Positions 28,301-43,300 of a DNA stretch of 64,000 nucleotides are shown in pieces. A program made the position numbers and the translations under genes. Origin of the DNA: Orbicella franksi. Lineage: Eukaryota. The stretch is from contig OZ116698.1 of assembly GCA_964199315.1 (NCBI GenBank), positions 10,788,001 to 10,852,000 on the forward strand, in the 5' to 3' direction. Within the stretch, counting starts at the first letter, position 1. Each line of letters opens with the position of its first letter. The notes beneath the pieces are model-generated. The model worked only from the letters and a program-made list of their open reading frames with translations, was not told the DNA's origin and did not search any database.

Positions 28301-31300
28301 TGTCAGAACAAACTAAGTTAGCCAGGTTCACCCAAAAATCTATTTCCATTATTTTTAGTCATAAACAGGAAATGTAATTACACAAACATACATACCCCGT
28401 GACCAATAATTCCGGCGTCTCCAGGAGGGCCTGGAGCACCAGGAAAACCCTGCAAAAAAAACATCATTGAACGAGTGAGCAAAAGAGGCATTAACAAATG
28501 CACGAAATGTTCTGGAGAAGGGTAACCTTGAAAAGAGGAAAGCCTAAAACACCAAAATCACACTTCCTAAAAAGCGTTTCATTATCTTAAAGTGCAGCAT
28601 TTCTCCTTTATTTAACTCGCGATAAAACACTTAACAGAAATCTACTTGTAACCTTGTAACGATATTTTCAGTTTCTATTTTTGCGGGTTGTACCTTCCTA
28701 ACCTATAAATATATCGATTAAGACCTAAGTAATAAGAACTTTACCTGACCTCCAGTCGAGCCTTTGTCTCCTCTCTTCCCTGGTGGCCCCACAAATGCCT
28801 ACAAGAAAATGTGAAGGACATCTATAATTCATTTACTTTTGATTTCCTTAAATTTTATCAAGAACTTGCTTTTTTATTTTATCAAGAACTTTACTTTCCT
28901 TCTTTTTTTATGGAGAACATATTGTGTTCTCAAGGCAACATGCCATTGAATTCCACCAGATGTTATAGAAATGTCTCAACGCTCGACCTCAGGGAACACC
29001 AAAAGTAGGTAGACAGTACAAAAGTATAAAAAAAGGCCAAGACTTCTTTGGAAAAAAATCATCTTTTCTACGAAGATCAAGCCCTTGGAAAATATCTCTT
29101 TAAATAGTTTGCTATAAACATTAATGTTCTAATAACGTTAATTGTATCTATAACAAAATACTCGATCGTGCTTGGTTATTCGTGCCTCTATTTCTCACGT
29201 AATCGCTGCGCGATCACGTGGGTGTCCAATTACAGGTATTCAATTTTACTTTTTGTAATTGGAAAACTGTAATTGGATACCTTCGCCATTCGTAAGCCAA
29301 TTACGTGAGTGTTCCTTACAGTTTTGACAACTTTTAGCTTTTAAAAGCACCAAGGTGCTGAATGCATGTTATTATACGTACCAGTGTTCCGGGCATGCCA
29401 CGTTCACCAGACAGTCCTTTTTCACCAGCATAACCCTTCGAGGAATACAATTAGCTTAGCGTATGAAGAAAAGAAATAAAATCTTTTCACATAGTGTCTC
29501 TGAAATGATCACTACAAATTCCTGTTTTAAGGTCGGCGTCCAAACAGCAATGAACTTAATCAAGTATTGAGATACTGATACCAAGAGATATACTTAGTTG
29601 TCACAAAGAAGGAGTGGACTAACCATTCGTCCTTTTCTTCCAGATGATCCTCTAGTTCCTTTCTCCCCCTTTTCACCCTAATAACGACAAAATACAACAC
29701 AAACCACGAATGAAGACAAGCCACATCTATGCCTGTTAATAAAAACTCAAAACTTATTTAGACTGAGGGGAACTTTCAAGATACCGTCTCTCCTATGTCA
29801 CCTTCTTCTCCCATTTCTCCTGGAGCACCAGGCTCACTACTCTGAAGGAAAGAAAAAACATCACTGTAAAAGAACATTGGTATGCTTCATTCTGCAAAAG
29901 TGAAACAAAACAGAATGGGATGAGAAGGAGATAATTCCTGGTAGATGCTAGAAAGTGACTGTAACCCAGAATGAGGCATTTAATCTTGAGAGCTTTGCGC
30001 GATCTCGTTGGCATTAGTAAGCTATTGCAAGACAAGCCTTGTGTTTTCCACGTTCACAACTAATTCACAAAAGAACAACACCGTAGATACTCACTATAGG
30101 GCCCATGTCACCTCTAGAACCTGGTCTTCCTCGCAAACCCTGCATTCCCTGTAAAACCCATGGCAATACAATAAGCTTATTACGTTGTGGAACAAATACG
30201 TCTAAAGCATACAAGATATTCTTTTCCATAGAAAGAAATATTTCATCTTGCTGACATCTACATACGATGTCCGTGACTATCAGGAAGGGTTTTTCCTCAA
30301 TTTATTTTGAGCCAAAATTGTCGAACTGTCAGAATTCTTACTGGCCAAAACATACCTCCTGTCCCTTCATTCCAGGATCTCCCCATAAACCAGGATTGCC
30401 GTCTTCGCCCTACACGACAAGATATAAATAATAAACAAGATAATCATAATAATGCTTTTTGATTAACACGGGTGGAATTTGATAGAATAAGCAAGAGTAA
30501 TTTATAATAGACCTTTGGTCCCTGCATTCCTGGAGTACCAATCAAACCAGACAGTCCAGACTGGCCCTAGGACAAAAATGCCAAACCCAAACCAAACATT
30601 AATCGTTAATACCTAGGAATAGTAAAAAAAAAAAGTTAAAAACGATGCATGGAAAAATAGTTCGATCAAACCTCTTTCCCCAAGCTTCCTTGAGTTCCAG
30701 GCAATCCGCCATCTCCCACAGTTCCCTAAAGATTTAACAAAAATCGCTTGATGTAAACATTTGAAATCCAACAGAAAGTGGGTTAAATGTTTGAAGTGTT
30801 GTGGTCTGAACTACTAACTTTTGAGCCCTGGTCTCCTCTGGGTCCCTTAGGTCCTGGCGCACCATCCTCACCCTAAAAAAAACAAAAAATTTAATTATAC
30901 AAAACCCAAAATTAACATGTAGTTTGCAAAGGAATGTTGAATAACGGACTAGTCTACACAACACAGGGAAAGTTAATTAACTAATGTTCAAGTTACGTTA
31001 GCTGAGCGGATGGGAGACTTCTCATGCATAGGAGGAAAAAAGTGAAAAGTGAAGGTTCTGCATCTGCGTGATTCAATTTACCTTTAAGCCACTTGCTCCT
31101 TTGCTTCCGGCTTTGCCTGGAGGTCCCGGTCCACCCTAAGAAAGAGTGAGAACTGAAGATTAACACTGGCAGCATAGTAAAAACAGAAAATTATTTAATA
31201 TATCAAACACAAATATTGTCGACCGCACTTCCAAACACCGACAGGAGACTTGAAAATATGACACGTTTTTTTTGACGAGCCTCGAGATGTGGTTAAACAC

Positions 31301-34300
31301 ACTCTCTCTTCTCAATTGAAATTAAACTTAAGGGTAAACCGAGAAATATAACAATAAGAAATCTATGTAGATTGATGGACTATTTATGAGTTTGAAAACA
31401 CGAATCACCAAAAAGAGCTCAAAAGAAATGGCCGAAGAAAAAGTCTGGTCACGCTAACGTTCCAGTGCCGACCACTAACACTAGTCGGGCCTGCGGTGAT
31501 TTGTTAACAGTTTGGAACAGTTCGTACAATTGTACTTAGTTGCTCAAAGTGACAGGCCGAGATAAATCAGCACGAGTTACTCACAAACGGCCCCTGGCTT
31601 CCTGGAGGACCTCTCTGACCGGGCAAGCCATCCTCCCCCTGTTGGAATATAATGATACCTAGATGTGAATGCTGCTTAACCCAGAGCCTAGGACACATTC
31701 AGATTGACACGAGACAATCACAAACCTCTTCGCCGGCGGTCCCTGCCAACCCTTGAAAGCCTAGAGGTCCACTGTCTCCCTGAAAGAAAACACGCCTCAC
31801 GTATTTCTCTCACTTAAATGTGTAATGCTACTATACTCATCGTGGCCTGTTAATGACGAAGCCATGTAAAACAGTGTACGTGAGTTCTGTTATAACTAAC
31901 CTGTTCTCCTTCAGTCCCTGCCAGACCAGGCTTACCCAATGGACCAGATGGACCCTACGATCATGGATCTACAGTCAATATCGATAGTTACAGTATTACA
32001 ACACTTGTCTGATAACTCAAATGCAAACTGAACACAAGCTTTTCGAGAGAAGCTACATCTCTCACAAAATTACAACCATCAATATGCCAACTAACTACTA
32101 CAGATGATCTGAGGTCACAAGGTTATCCAACGAATTATGAAGTCTGCCGCATGCACAATTGTTTGCATGAAACAAATTTTACCTGGTGTCCAGGAAAGCC
32201 CATGACTCCTTGGGATCCCACAGAACCTATTTGTCCCTGCAAAACAACCACATAGAACAATTCTGTGTCAGTGACATCTCGATATCGCCATCTCTCTATA
32301 AAAAACAATTCAGCGGTTATCCTTATAGGAAATTATGCACATTAGAATGGTTATTTGTCCAATGGAGGAACTCTTCGTAGCAAATTAGCAGTTTTTTTTT
32401 TTTTTTTAATTAACAACAAAGTACTGTAACTTACTGGATCGCCTATGGGCCCTACTTCTCCCTCGTCACCACGCGGGCCCTGTCAAACACATTGACTTAA
32501 ATCAACTATAAATTACAATAGCCTATTCAGCAAAGGCACTCAGTAAAAATTGCTCGAAATTTCAAATTGCTATTTTTATTGCTATTGAGTAAAAGTATAC
32601 CTCCAAACAGAGAAACGTGCAGTTGCGCATTAAGCATGTTACTCTAGGAGTAATTGTAAGTAACAATTGTTTGCTTGGATCAGTTGCAATTTAACATACT
32701 CAAGGAACATTATATCTTCTCAATTTTGCGTATAGCCCTTGCTTTTAATTGTATTTAGAAGTTTTATGTTTCTGTTGATACTTTTCATTACATCACACAC
32801 GATACAAGTATTGAAATAAGCTTACAGAAACCTGGAAAGGAGTCCCAAAACGTTTGCATTTGCAAGTCGGACTCTTCTCTTTATTTTCTCCTAGAAAAGA
32901 CAAGTGAAGACAAGTTAAGTAATCAGAAAGACAGACCCAAGAGGAGAAAAGAAGAGAAGAGTCCGATTTCCTCGTTACAAGAGCTGCCACAGTTAGTTCT
33001 TGGGTTTGAATCAAACATGCTTCTTCTTTGAAAGATCTACCAAATTGCGAAGAACAACAAAAAGTAAAAGAAGACCAGTGGTTATTCCAGTAAATAGCCA
33101 TAACATGGAGAAATGCCGTTTCTTTTTAAAAATAACTGTAAAACAATTGTGTGGCAGCTAACATGTAAAGAGGCGTTACTTTTGCAATTACTTTAGAATG
33201 TTTGACTTGACAAAAGTAACCGTTCGGAACATAGAGCAGAGAAAGGAAAGCAAAGATAAAAGTTGACAAAGAAAGTGCGCAAGTTAAAAAATGTCTGTTA
33301 GAAAGAACTGCCACAATGGCTGGTGAAAGAAAATGGGAAGATTATGTATCTTTCAAGTGGTCAATGCGGTATATGATGGAGAATGTGCAGTTTTTTTTTT
33401 TTTGCCCGACTAAAATAGTGACTTACTCCGAAAAAGACTTTTCAAGAAAATTATTTTGCTAGCCTCAAGAGTGTCGAGCATAGTATAACAAAGAAGACGA
33501 AACAGGATAAGCTGACGATTTTTCTCACCAAGATTCCATCAGCACCTTTCAATCCAGGAGGACCAGTGACACCCTAACAGGAAAAAAGAAAACAAAAACA
33601 GAACTAACGTCAAACCCTTAACAAGAACAACTACAACAGTCTTTATTTGTACTCTCAATCTTACGAATACTAATTGCACAAACTATCGATAAAGTAACGG
33701 CAGTAGGACTGTCTTTAAACAGGTAACTCAAACTGACTCCACAAAAAGCTGTATTTGGCATATTGCTATTTATCATATTGACCTGTTTTCCTGGCTCGCC
33801 AATCTTGCCACGGCCTCCCTTGGGACCTATTTCACCCTAAGAACAGAATATCGCTCAATTTGTTAAATGGCTACACAAACTAGATATATTGTAATGTAAT
33901 ATAGACGCAGCCTTTTAATTAATAATAATCTAAAAATAATACGTGATCAAGAAGACGCAGATTCAGATGATTTTTATAACATTACTTGTAGTCCTTGAGG
34001 TCCAGCTTCTCCAATTGATCCACGCGTTCCAACAGGTCCCTGAAAATTACAATTAATACAGTCATCGCGTACTTTGTGTCTTGAACAGAGAAAATATCAT
34101 ATTTGGCGAGACGTTCATATTTACTGTACGTGTTATAATAACAAAATTGTAAGTATTGTGAATGCAAGCTTGTGAATGTAAGTTACAACAATAATTAACA
34201 AAGATGATTTCACACGGTACATATGTATCTCTAATATCTAAAAAAATGTCTTACATCTTGTCCTTCTGGGCCATGTGGTCCCTGGTTACCAGGCTTCCCA

Positions 34301-37300
34301 ACAATGCCCTTAGAAATCATAAAAAAAAAAAGAATTATTGCACAAGAATTACAAGTAATAGAGTAAGCAAATCTTGGCAGCCATACTAATTTAACAAATA
34401 CCCTGCAATCCGTTCACCGACCTTTGGTCCAGGTTTCCCTAACGCACCAAGTGTACCGTTTGGGCCACGAAATCCCTGAAAAAAAAAACAAGCAAACTCA
34501 AAGATTATTACATAAGAGTTAATACTGTTTTAGACAAAACTCATAACTCTTGCATGACAAGGAAAACTCCCTGTCGTATTACCTCTCTCAAAATGTACAT
34601 ACTTTTGTTGCAACTAAGACAATTCAAGGCAATTCTTCCTTACGACATAAACTTAAGGAGATTCACTGCAAAATAAAGAAAACTTCAAACTTGAATACCG
34701 CAGGTCCTCTTGCGCCAGGACCGCCGAGGGCTCCTGCAGCTCCTGGTAATCCCTAACGACAATAAACACATAAGTTTCTTGTTAAATGTATTATCTTATA
34801 GTATCATTGAGTTCGCTTGTTCTTGAAAGGCGCAGTGCAGGAAACGAACGGTTTTCCTGTAACCTTACATGTGCAATCTGTCCTATATTTTTAGCTAATA
34901 TATCGTGCAACAATTAATAGTCCTTTTTAAAACACCGAGAAACAGCAGCACTTTTCCAAAACTGTTCAAAAATCTCAAAGAAAGTTTGAAATTTAAAATG
35001 TTAGTTAAAACTTGAAAGGAAAACTTCCCTTGGCTTCATTACACACTCCACTGCCACTAAAAACGTACCAGCTGTCCTTGTAGGCCGGATTCTCCAATCG
35101 TTCCCAATGATCCCTAAAAGCAAATACATCACGATTAAGTGTAAAGGTGAATCTAACCTTTTCTCACACAACGCTGTTGCTTCGTATTCTAAACATCAAT
35201 ATTGGACCTATGGCAACTTAAAATATCTCACCTTGTCTCCATTTAAGCCAACGTAACCTCTTCCACCTTTTCTTCCTGGGTCTCCCTAAATATTCCAAAT
35301 GTGGGATGTCAACAGTTCATCCCTCATACAGGTCTGTTTACATTCATTACCCTACTACTTAGCTTTCTAAATATCTTACAATTTCCTCGTTGTGGAAACC
35401 AATAAAGCTTTGTATAAGATAACAAACACACTCACTTGCACTCCACGTCTACCACGAAAACCACGACGACCGCTGTCACCCTGGTAATAACAGAGGTTGT
35501 TAATATTATAACAGTGAGTTCTGAAGCAAAAACAAAATTAAAGAGACACTTCTCCATTACCAGGCATTCCAAGTACACGTTAACGCCCTCAAAGCAACAA
35601 CAAGAGAGTGTAAATTGCACCTTATCTCCTTTGTTCCCTTTTGGGCCATACATTCCGAGTTCTCCCACAGGACCCTAATGAGATAAGAGTTCCTTGATTT
35701 CAGCTTGCCTTTTTAAACATTTTATCCGCATATCAAGTGTCATTGATTAACCTTTAAATTGCACCTAAACTAAGAAACAGAAATACAATTCAGTACCCAG
35801 GTAGCATAACATGACATCTCTTCAGTTCTACGGAAAAAGCTCCTAGGGGTACCTTTTACACCTCTGAAAAAATTGCCAACGCAACTCACATACTTTAATA
35901 TCAACGGCAGTAAAAGACAAAAACCAAAATTGCTTACTAAGCTTCCTTTCTGGCCAGGTGTTCCAGCCCTCCCAGGTTTTCCAGGCATTCCCTGAAAAGG
36001 ACAGATATCATACAGCAATTAATAGAGTCTAATAGGAAAACAGATTTTGATATGTTTTATGAACAACATAATCGCGTTTAAGACTTTTTGATAAAATTTC
36101 TCATAGAAGGTCTTACGTGATTCCTAGGGTGCAAAAAAGTAACCTCTAGGTCGGGGCAAAGAATAAAAGTCCCGAAGAGTATCTTTGTATCGCTTTCCTC
36201 TTTGTGGCCATTACTCAAATGAAATAAACAACGCTGTACAATTGATGAACTTAAGACATAACAATAACAATCTGAAACGCCTACCTTGTGACCGGTTAAT
36301 CCTGTGGAACCTTGCGATCCTGGATCTCCTGGTGGACCCTAGTTAAAAGAGATAACATTGCATTTTGTTATATGTAGCAAGAATCTGTTTTTAGTTCTTC
36401 AGGAACAATTCTGGCTGTCGTATGATCGTCGAACAATAGCATCTCATGGATAGCTTCCTTTTTCCTTACCCACGAGTAGAGGAACTCGCTTACCTTTGAC
36501 CCCGGAGCACCCTGCGCACCTCTCGATCCTTCCGGGCCTGGAATGCCCTAAGGAAAAACGAAGGGATTAGATAGAAAGAAATCGAATCAAAGTGGCATTT
36601 ACTGTTTATGAATGAGACAGAAATTGGTGACAATGTGTTCTATCGATGTCATTGTGACAACTATAATAATGATCATCATCGTTATCATTACCGTCATTGT
36701 CATTGTCATCATCACCATCATGTCCGCAATAATCAAAATGTTACCTGGTGGCCTTTTGCACCTTGTTGTCCTTTTGGGCCTTGCGGACCTGGAATTCCCT
36801 AAAATAAAATTTAAAAAAATACAGGATGAGAGGACAAGTGAGGGCGTTTTATTCCAATACGTGTGCAAACACTAGAGAAACAATGGTCTTCCATGTGTTG
36901 AGGAAATACACGAAAAAGTGAAAAAGCTAACCACTTAATAAAGCTATTTTGTTTAAAGGTTTGAGCACAACATTTGGAACCCTGGACAGACGCCGAAATT
37001 GAGAGAGGTTTGCCAAGCAGTAGCAGATCTCAGTATGAAACAGTCACATGATCCATCCAGAAACTCACTAACAATTAGTAAAATTACCTTTTTCCCTTTC
37101 ACGCCATAGAATCCACTACTTCCAGAATTACCCTGAAAGTTAAAACCAACAGCATGATTACAAGTGACAACAAAGATATGTACCCACCAATTATGTTACG
37201 AGAAGATTTACCGTTTTTCAGTCATTCTTCGTTTAACCATATTCTAAGATTTTGAAACCTTTCTTGGGGTCAACGCTAGGTCGTTTTCCAACTAACAACT

Positions 37301-40300
37301 AGTAGTTTTATCTGTTGTGTTTGAAAATGGTACTTTGAAGAGAGCTGTCTCTTTTACAGCGGTAGCTGTAGTTTCATTCAGCAGTTAAACACCAAGTTTT
37401 CAATTCCTATTAGTTTTCCACTCATAACCGTAAAACAGAAATTTAGGCTTAGGAAACACAAAAATTGCTTTAAATACGCTTTAAACACATGGTGGTCATT
37501 ATAACGCTCATTCAATTGACCAAACAATTAACACACCAAAATGTTCTTTGATAACGTTTTTCTAAAAGTGCCCCCAATTTCGACCGCTACAGCTCGAACG
37601 CTTTTTTCTAAGAAATTGAAATCATTTTGTGCACTCCACCCCCTCACCAACCCAACCCAAAGCTAGATAGGGTTGAGTACTGCCATATTGCGTTGTATTC
37701 TGATACGTGAAGGAAACTAAAAAGAGAACACCTCAGGTCTGCTGAACATTTGCAGTATGATATAGCACGTTTTTAGTACCTTTGCTCCTCTTTTACCACG
37801 GTTCCCCTCTGGTCCTTGTTGCCCACGATCTCCCTATAATATTGACCAAACAAAGAAGATGTTTCATCTCTAGACTACCAATATTTTGTTCCGTTGCACA
37901 TTATTTTAAATAAATCTCTGCCACTGAAAAAGAGGTTTCCTTTAGCAAAAGTTGTTAATACTATGCCTACAATAGATCAATTGAAAACTAGTCTACCACT
38001 ACCTCTGTAATAAGAAAGCAACATCTGTTATTTAACTCTTGCCTCGTGTCCTTGAATTCCTCTAGAACCCGGCGGTCCTTGAACTCCCTTGGGGGAATAA
38101 ATGATTAATGGCTCATCATTAACATCACCATTTTGGTTTTTCATCATCATCACAATCAAATAAGGACAACTTATGCTCGTTATTATCACACTAAGAAGGT
38201 ACAACATTGTTCAATAGTTGAATGGAATATGTAGGAAAACGACTTTAGCTGGGTATTACATACATTGATAAGTACTTGAACCAAACATAATATCACAGTC
38301 GGCATTTTACAGCTGGTGTCTCCTCTTAGTATTGTTCGCATAAAAAAGAAATACCGAATGATGAAAGGTACATTAGAAAAAACCAAAAGGCATAATCAGA
38401 AATTGACAGTTCCCTTGCAAATGTGAATACAATCTAAGACAGGAAAGACTGTTATCCCTGCCATTTCCTTGAGGTAGATTTCGGTAACCACTCATTCAGT
38501 CAACCATGGGGCTTCACATATATTGCAAGTCCTTCCTCATTATATTGTTTACCTTTTGGTAATCTACACAGAATTTAAAGCAAAATCCATAATTTATATT
38601 TACAGGCACACTCGCTGATGACTATGGGCTGGTTAAGAACTCAGTTACCCCGTTAATTCAATACATCTAACGTATGGCTACATTTGCTTTTTTTGGTAGC
38701 AATTTGGGCACTAGTGCTTTTTTTAAAGTACGATTAGGCACCCAGTCTACTGATAAGAGCTGATTAAAAGAATCATTAAAATATTTTAATGTGCCAGAAG
38801 TAATAATTGAAATTAGTTTTTCAAAGGATAACCATAATTCCCTTACTTTGCCTTGGCTAATAAAACACAGAAACCATGGGCTTTTTTAACAATTTTATTT
38901 GCACAAAACAGGTACAAACAGACTACAATTAGTTTTCTAATTTATAATATTTCGCTTTTCTTATTATTTTACAGAGGCCCTAAGTCTAAACATCTTAAAC
39001 ATCTTTTAAACATCTTCAAAACCATTTGTAACTTCATAGTTTTAATTATAGTCCATTATCTACTTACAGGGTTTCCTGATGCTCCTATCAAACCCATTTG
39101 CCCACGGGAGCCTAGAAACCCCTGTTAATGTACAAGGTAGAACAACTATCAAGATTGAATACTACTTTGAAGCATCTTATTTGTTTAATGCCTGTTGGCT
39201 CTAAAGAAAACATGACAATGGTTAGTAATAAAATTAAAGGTTTCTTAAACTGTTCAAAGAATCAAACATGATAACTATATATGACCTTCTTCCTAGTTAG
39301 CAGCTGTGGTTTATCATTCTTCAACGTTATTATATTGTAATTAGGACCACTGAATGGAGCACTCCATATAAAGCACAACAAAACTATTGTTATCTAGACT
39401 TACTTCAGGTCCTGGATCGCCAGGCACACCAGCAGGGCCAGATGCACCCTAAAATATACATTGATAATTGTCATACTTTATTTTCATTGATTTACACAGG
39501 TATATCAAGGAGATTTCCTGAGATAATAAGAAAAGAAAACATTTGCCCCTTTCGCACAAGACTGAATGGGTTATTTCCAAGATTATCATTTCATACATCA
39601 TTAAGATGTATCAATAAAATCTGATTACAGGTACCTGAACACCTTCAACCCCAGGTAAACCAGCCATGCCTATTTCACCTGCATCACCCTGTTAAAGGTT
39701 CAAAGACAAAACATAGCAAATTATTAGTTAACAAAACAACAACTTAAGTGTTAAAGCAGATGATAAAAACAAAAGCTATAGAAATATATACACTATACAC
39801 AATGAATTACCATTTCAAATTACTACAAACAGTAAATTATGGAACACAATACCCAGTCGCTGACTTTAACAGTACAAAATCTGACCTACCAATGGTCCTG
39901 GGAATCCCTTTGGGCCTTTTCTACCCCCAAGGCCCTACAAATTAAACATTAATTGATAAAATTATGAACTGTATAGAAGCACAGGCCCAAAAACCGCATG
40001 TCTGCATTTAACTGTGAATTTAAGCTTCTACCTTCTTTTCGTACTCTTTAATACTTTATAATAATTATCCATAAATACTGCCCTCTTTAAGTCAGCTAAT
40101 TTGTTCTCAAATAAAAGACTTCTAAATATTCTATGTGCTGCCCTACATTTTCACTTGATGGCCTGCAGCAAAACAAATTAAATTATGGAAATGACCCCAA
40201 TATCATTTTAGGCCAGGTATTTGCCATTACGCTAAGATGTATGTTTGGAGGCATTTACCTTAATATGAACTTAAAAAATCAGGTCTTCACATTCCATGAA

Positions 40301-43300
40301 GGTGAACAAGGTTGATACAATCTCCTTTAACTGAATAATGTTATTATGTACTGAAAATCAAATCCATGCAGGAAGGTGCGTGTTTGGACATTTCACCATT
40401 TCTAATGAACCATTTCACAAGGTGCAAAAATATGGGACACTGTTTCTCTTTTTTGAAATGGTGAGAAGAAAGGATGCTGCCTTATAGCTAACAAGATATA
40501 AGGTAAAGTTACTGAAATATTTTCAAATGTCCACCCAACATTTGTCACCACAAATCTACCAACAACCTGCAGTAAGCTACCTTATATTAATATACTATTC
40601 CTTTACCTGGTGTCCAACAATTCCAGGATCTCCTTTAAGTCCTTCAGTACCCTAAACACAAAAGCAATCATCTAAACAATAAACAGGTGATTCATGGTTT
40701 TAACTGTGTGTTACATTGAGTTGAGGAACATGGAAGAGGCTTAGGGGTTCCTCAAGACGCAGACAACGGCAATGTTAGCTTCTCAAGTGCTCCCTAAACT
40801 TCCTAAGTACACTATAACTCAATGATGCATAGATGATTTTGTTTTATAACATTGCCAATGGACAAAAATCTCTCTCATGAAGCTAACTAAAGTTAACTTT
40901 GCTCCCATCATGCATCATTGGATTAAGGTTCATGCTAATATAATGTATACTGAGTTTGAAAGCACAGCTTTCCTAGTTATGTAATAATATGTAGTGCTGA
41001 GGTTAATTCTTTCTCATCTTAAATGAAAAGCTGCACAAACTGTAAATGGCCTGACATACCCTTTTCACATACTTAGTCACCAACTGCATACCAAACTGTC
41101 ACAACAAATGATTTGTATTCAAGTAAGTTATGAAACTGTATTGATTTTTTCTTATGATTATCCTCTTCTTGAATTGGAGCCACACATTTGAAAACAGCAA
41201 CTTACCCTCTCACCTGGAGGGCCTCGAGGACCAGGTTTTCCTGGGATGCCATAAGGACCCTGCCATAATAAAAGTTACATTGTACTAGTGCAACCAAAGT
41301 ATTCATGAATTTACAAAGTGAAGACAAAGTGGAGTAAATTTTCCTTTTAGTAAATCAAATATTCATTGCCCACAAACATTCTACATGTTTATTAAGCAAC
41401 CACCTGTAATAGCCCTGTTTATGTCCAGTGAGGATTATCCCCTTATTTTCTCCACTGGTCAGTACATCTGTTCAGAAAATACTATATAGTGGGTTCTCCC
41501 ATGAATGTTAATAACATTTATGATGTTTGATCTGATCAAAATTATACAGCGCCAGTAATTTAAAATCATGGCCCAATACAATTTGTCTATTTTGAAGAAA
41601 TGTTGTTAATATTTACTGTTCTTCCTTTCTATGAGGGTGTACTAAAGTAAGCAGCAACATGGAGTAAGAGTGATTGAATTTTGCTCTTGCATAAAAGCTC
41701 TGTTGAAGGAAACTTGCAAATGTTCTGTGGCTAAATCTTTCAGAGACTCAGCTGTATCCCAGCTGCACAACTGTCACTACACAGTGTGTAGTTCAAGTTC
41801 TCAGAGTATGTGGCTTAGTTGATGTATACTAAGTGGAGATTTCTTTGTTACAACTTTTTTGTTCCGTTATACAACAGTCTCTTAAACAGATATTTTGTCA
41901 ATAAAGTTCTATCCCTTACCTTTCTGCCTTTGTCACCCTTAAAGCCCTTTGGTCCTATCTCCCCAACCAATCCCTAAAATAAAACAATAACACATTTATT
42001 TTAACAATGGATCAGCACAATTCCCCTATTAAGTCTGCTTACCACACATTTCTATTTGGCAAAGGTGGCCCCTATGTCAAGTGTACAAAAACAAGTTTTG
42101 TACCTCAGGTAACTTGGTCACCCAGAAACTGTTATGAAGATATCTTTTGTTGGTCACACATAGGTATCAAAAATTTTTCATGTAGGGTTATGATTTTGTT
42201 CCTTGAAAAAAAAATATCATTTGTACAAAGCATCTTCTTTAGGGGAAGAATTGCTCCCTCCTACAACTCAGTTATTTGAAATGATGATGAGAAAAAATCT
42301 ATAGTATTGTGTTCCCAACTAGACTACATTTAGGTCACATTGACATAGTAAAAAATCAAACAAGGTAGCCATTCAGAAGTTTGGATATGCATGACCACTA
42401 TACTTTGCCAAATCTCCAGATTTATTCAGTGATTTTCCACTTTTTAAGGTTGTTTTGGAATGTGGCCCATTTCTCACCCCCAGCCCCTCCATGATTAAAA
42501 CAAACATTTTATTTAATCACAATTATTAAAATCATAGCAGAGCTCTGGCGGCCCAAAGGGCCGCTAAGCGGAGCCCCATACTCATATAGGAAAGAAAAGG
42601 AAACCCATTAGTTGATTTTCTCATGGTTATCATGGCTAACGGTATTGCTCGTGGGCACATATGCACAACAGCGACAGCCACAATGACGACGACAACTGAG
42701 TCACACATGGCGGCCATACTCCAAATAATAGGTTGACAGAGACATGCAGCCTTTGTTTATTGTGTACTTCTTTGATATTGGACATCCATGTTATGATCAA
42801 TTAACACCTGTCAAAACGAGGTATCTGCTGACCAGTATCACATGACCATACCACGGGCTCAAGTTTACAGCTCATCGAGGTCATGTTTTTTTTTGAAGTT
42901 GACCGCTGACCAAGTGCTGGTTTTTGGTTGGATCGCGGGCTCGTACCAGGTTAACTTGTTGAAAACAGGGGCTGGATTGTTCGGAAGCCAGTTGATGCTA
43001 ACCCAGGATTAAAAGTTAACCGAATTATAACTTTTTCTTCTATACAAATGTTTCTAGCTGCTTTGTTTTGAGTATATGGTGATTATTAAAACTCAAAACA
43101 GAAGGCCAAACAACATACAGAAAACCTCACCACAAAGTTACAAAACTCAAATCAAATTTCTACCTTTTCCTGAGTTAGCTTAATCGGGTTCTGAACAACC
43201 CGGCCCAGGAGCTATACTTTTAGGCTGGCCTAAATCTATATATCAGAGCAACAAATTAAACACAAATTGTTTGAAGGAATTAATAGTAACATACAGGATG

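Noticed and set aside
36608-36875. His-rich and Ile/Val-rich ORFs; also YDYDYD in ORF 3586-3825
   Set aside because: Translations of intronic microsatellites.
42470-42492. Possible extra Gly-rich collagen microexon (gga ggg gct ggg|gtgaga)
   Set aside because: No AG acceptor before the Gly codon, and the triplet register is not maintained.
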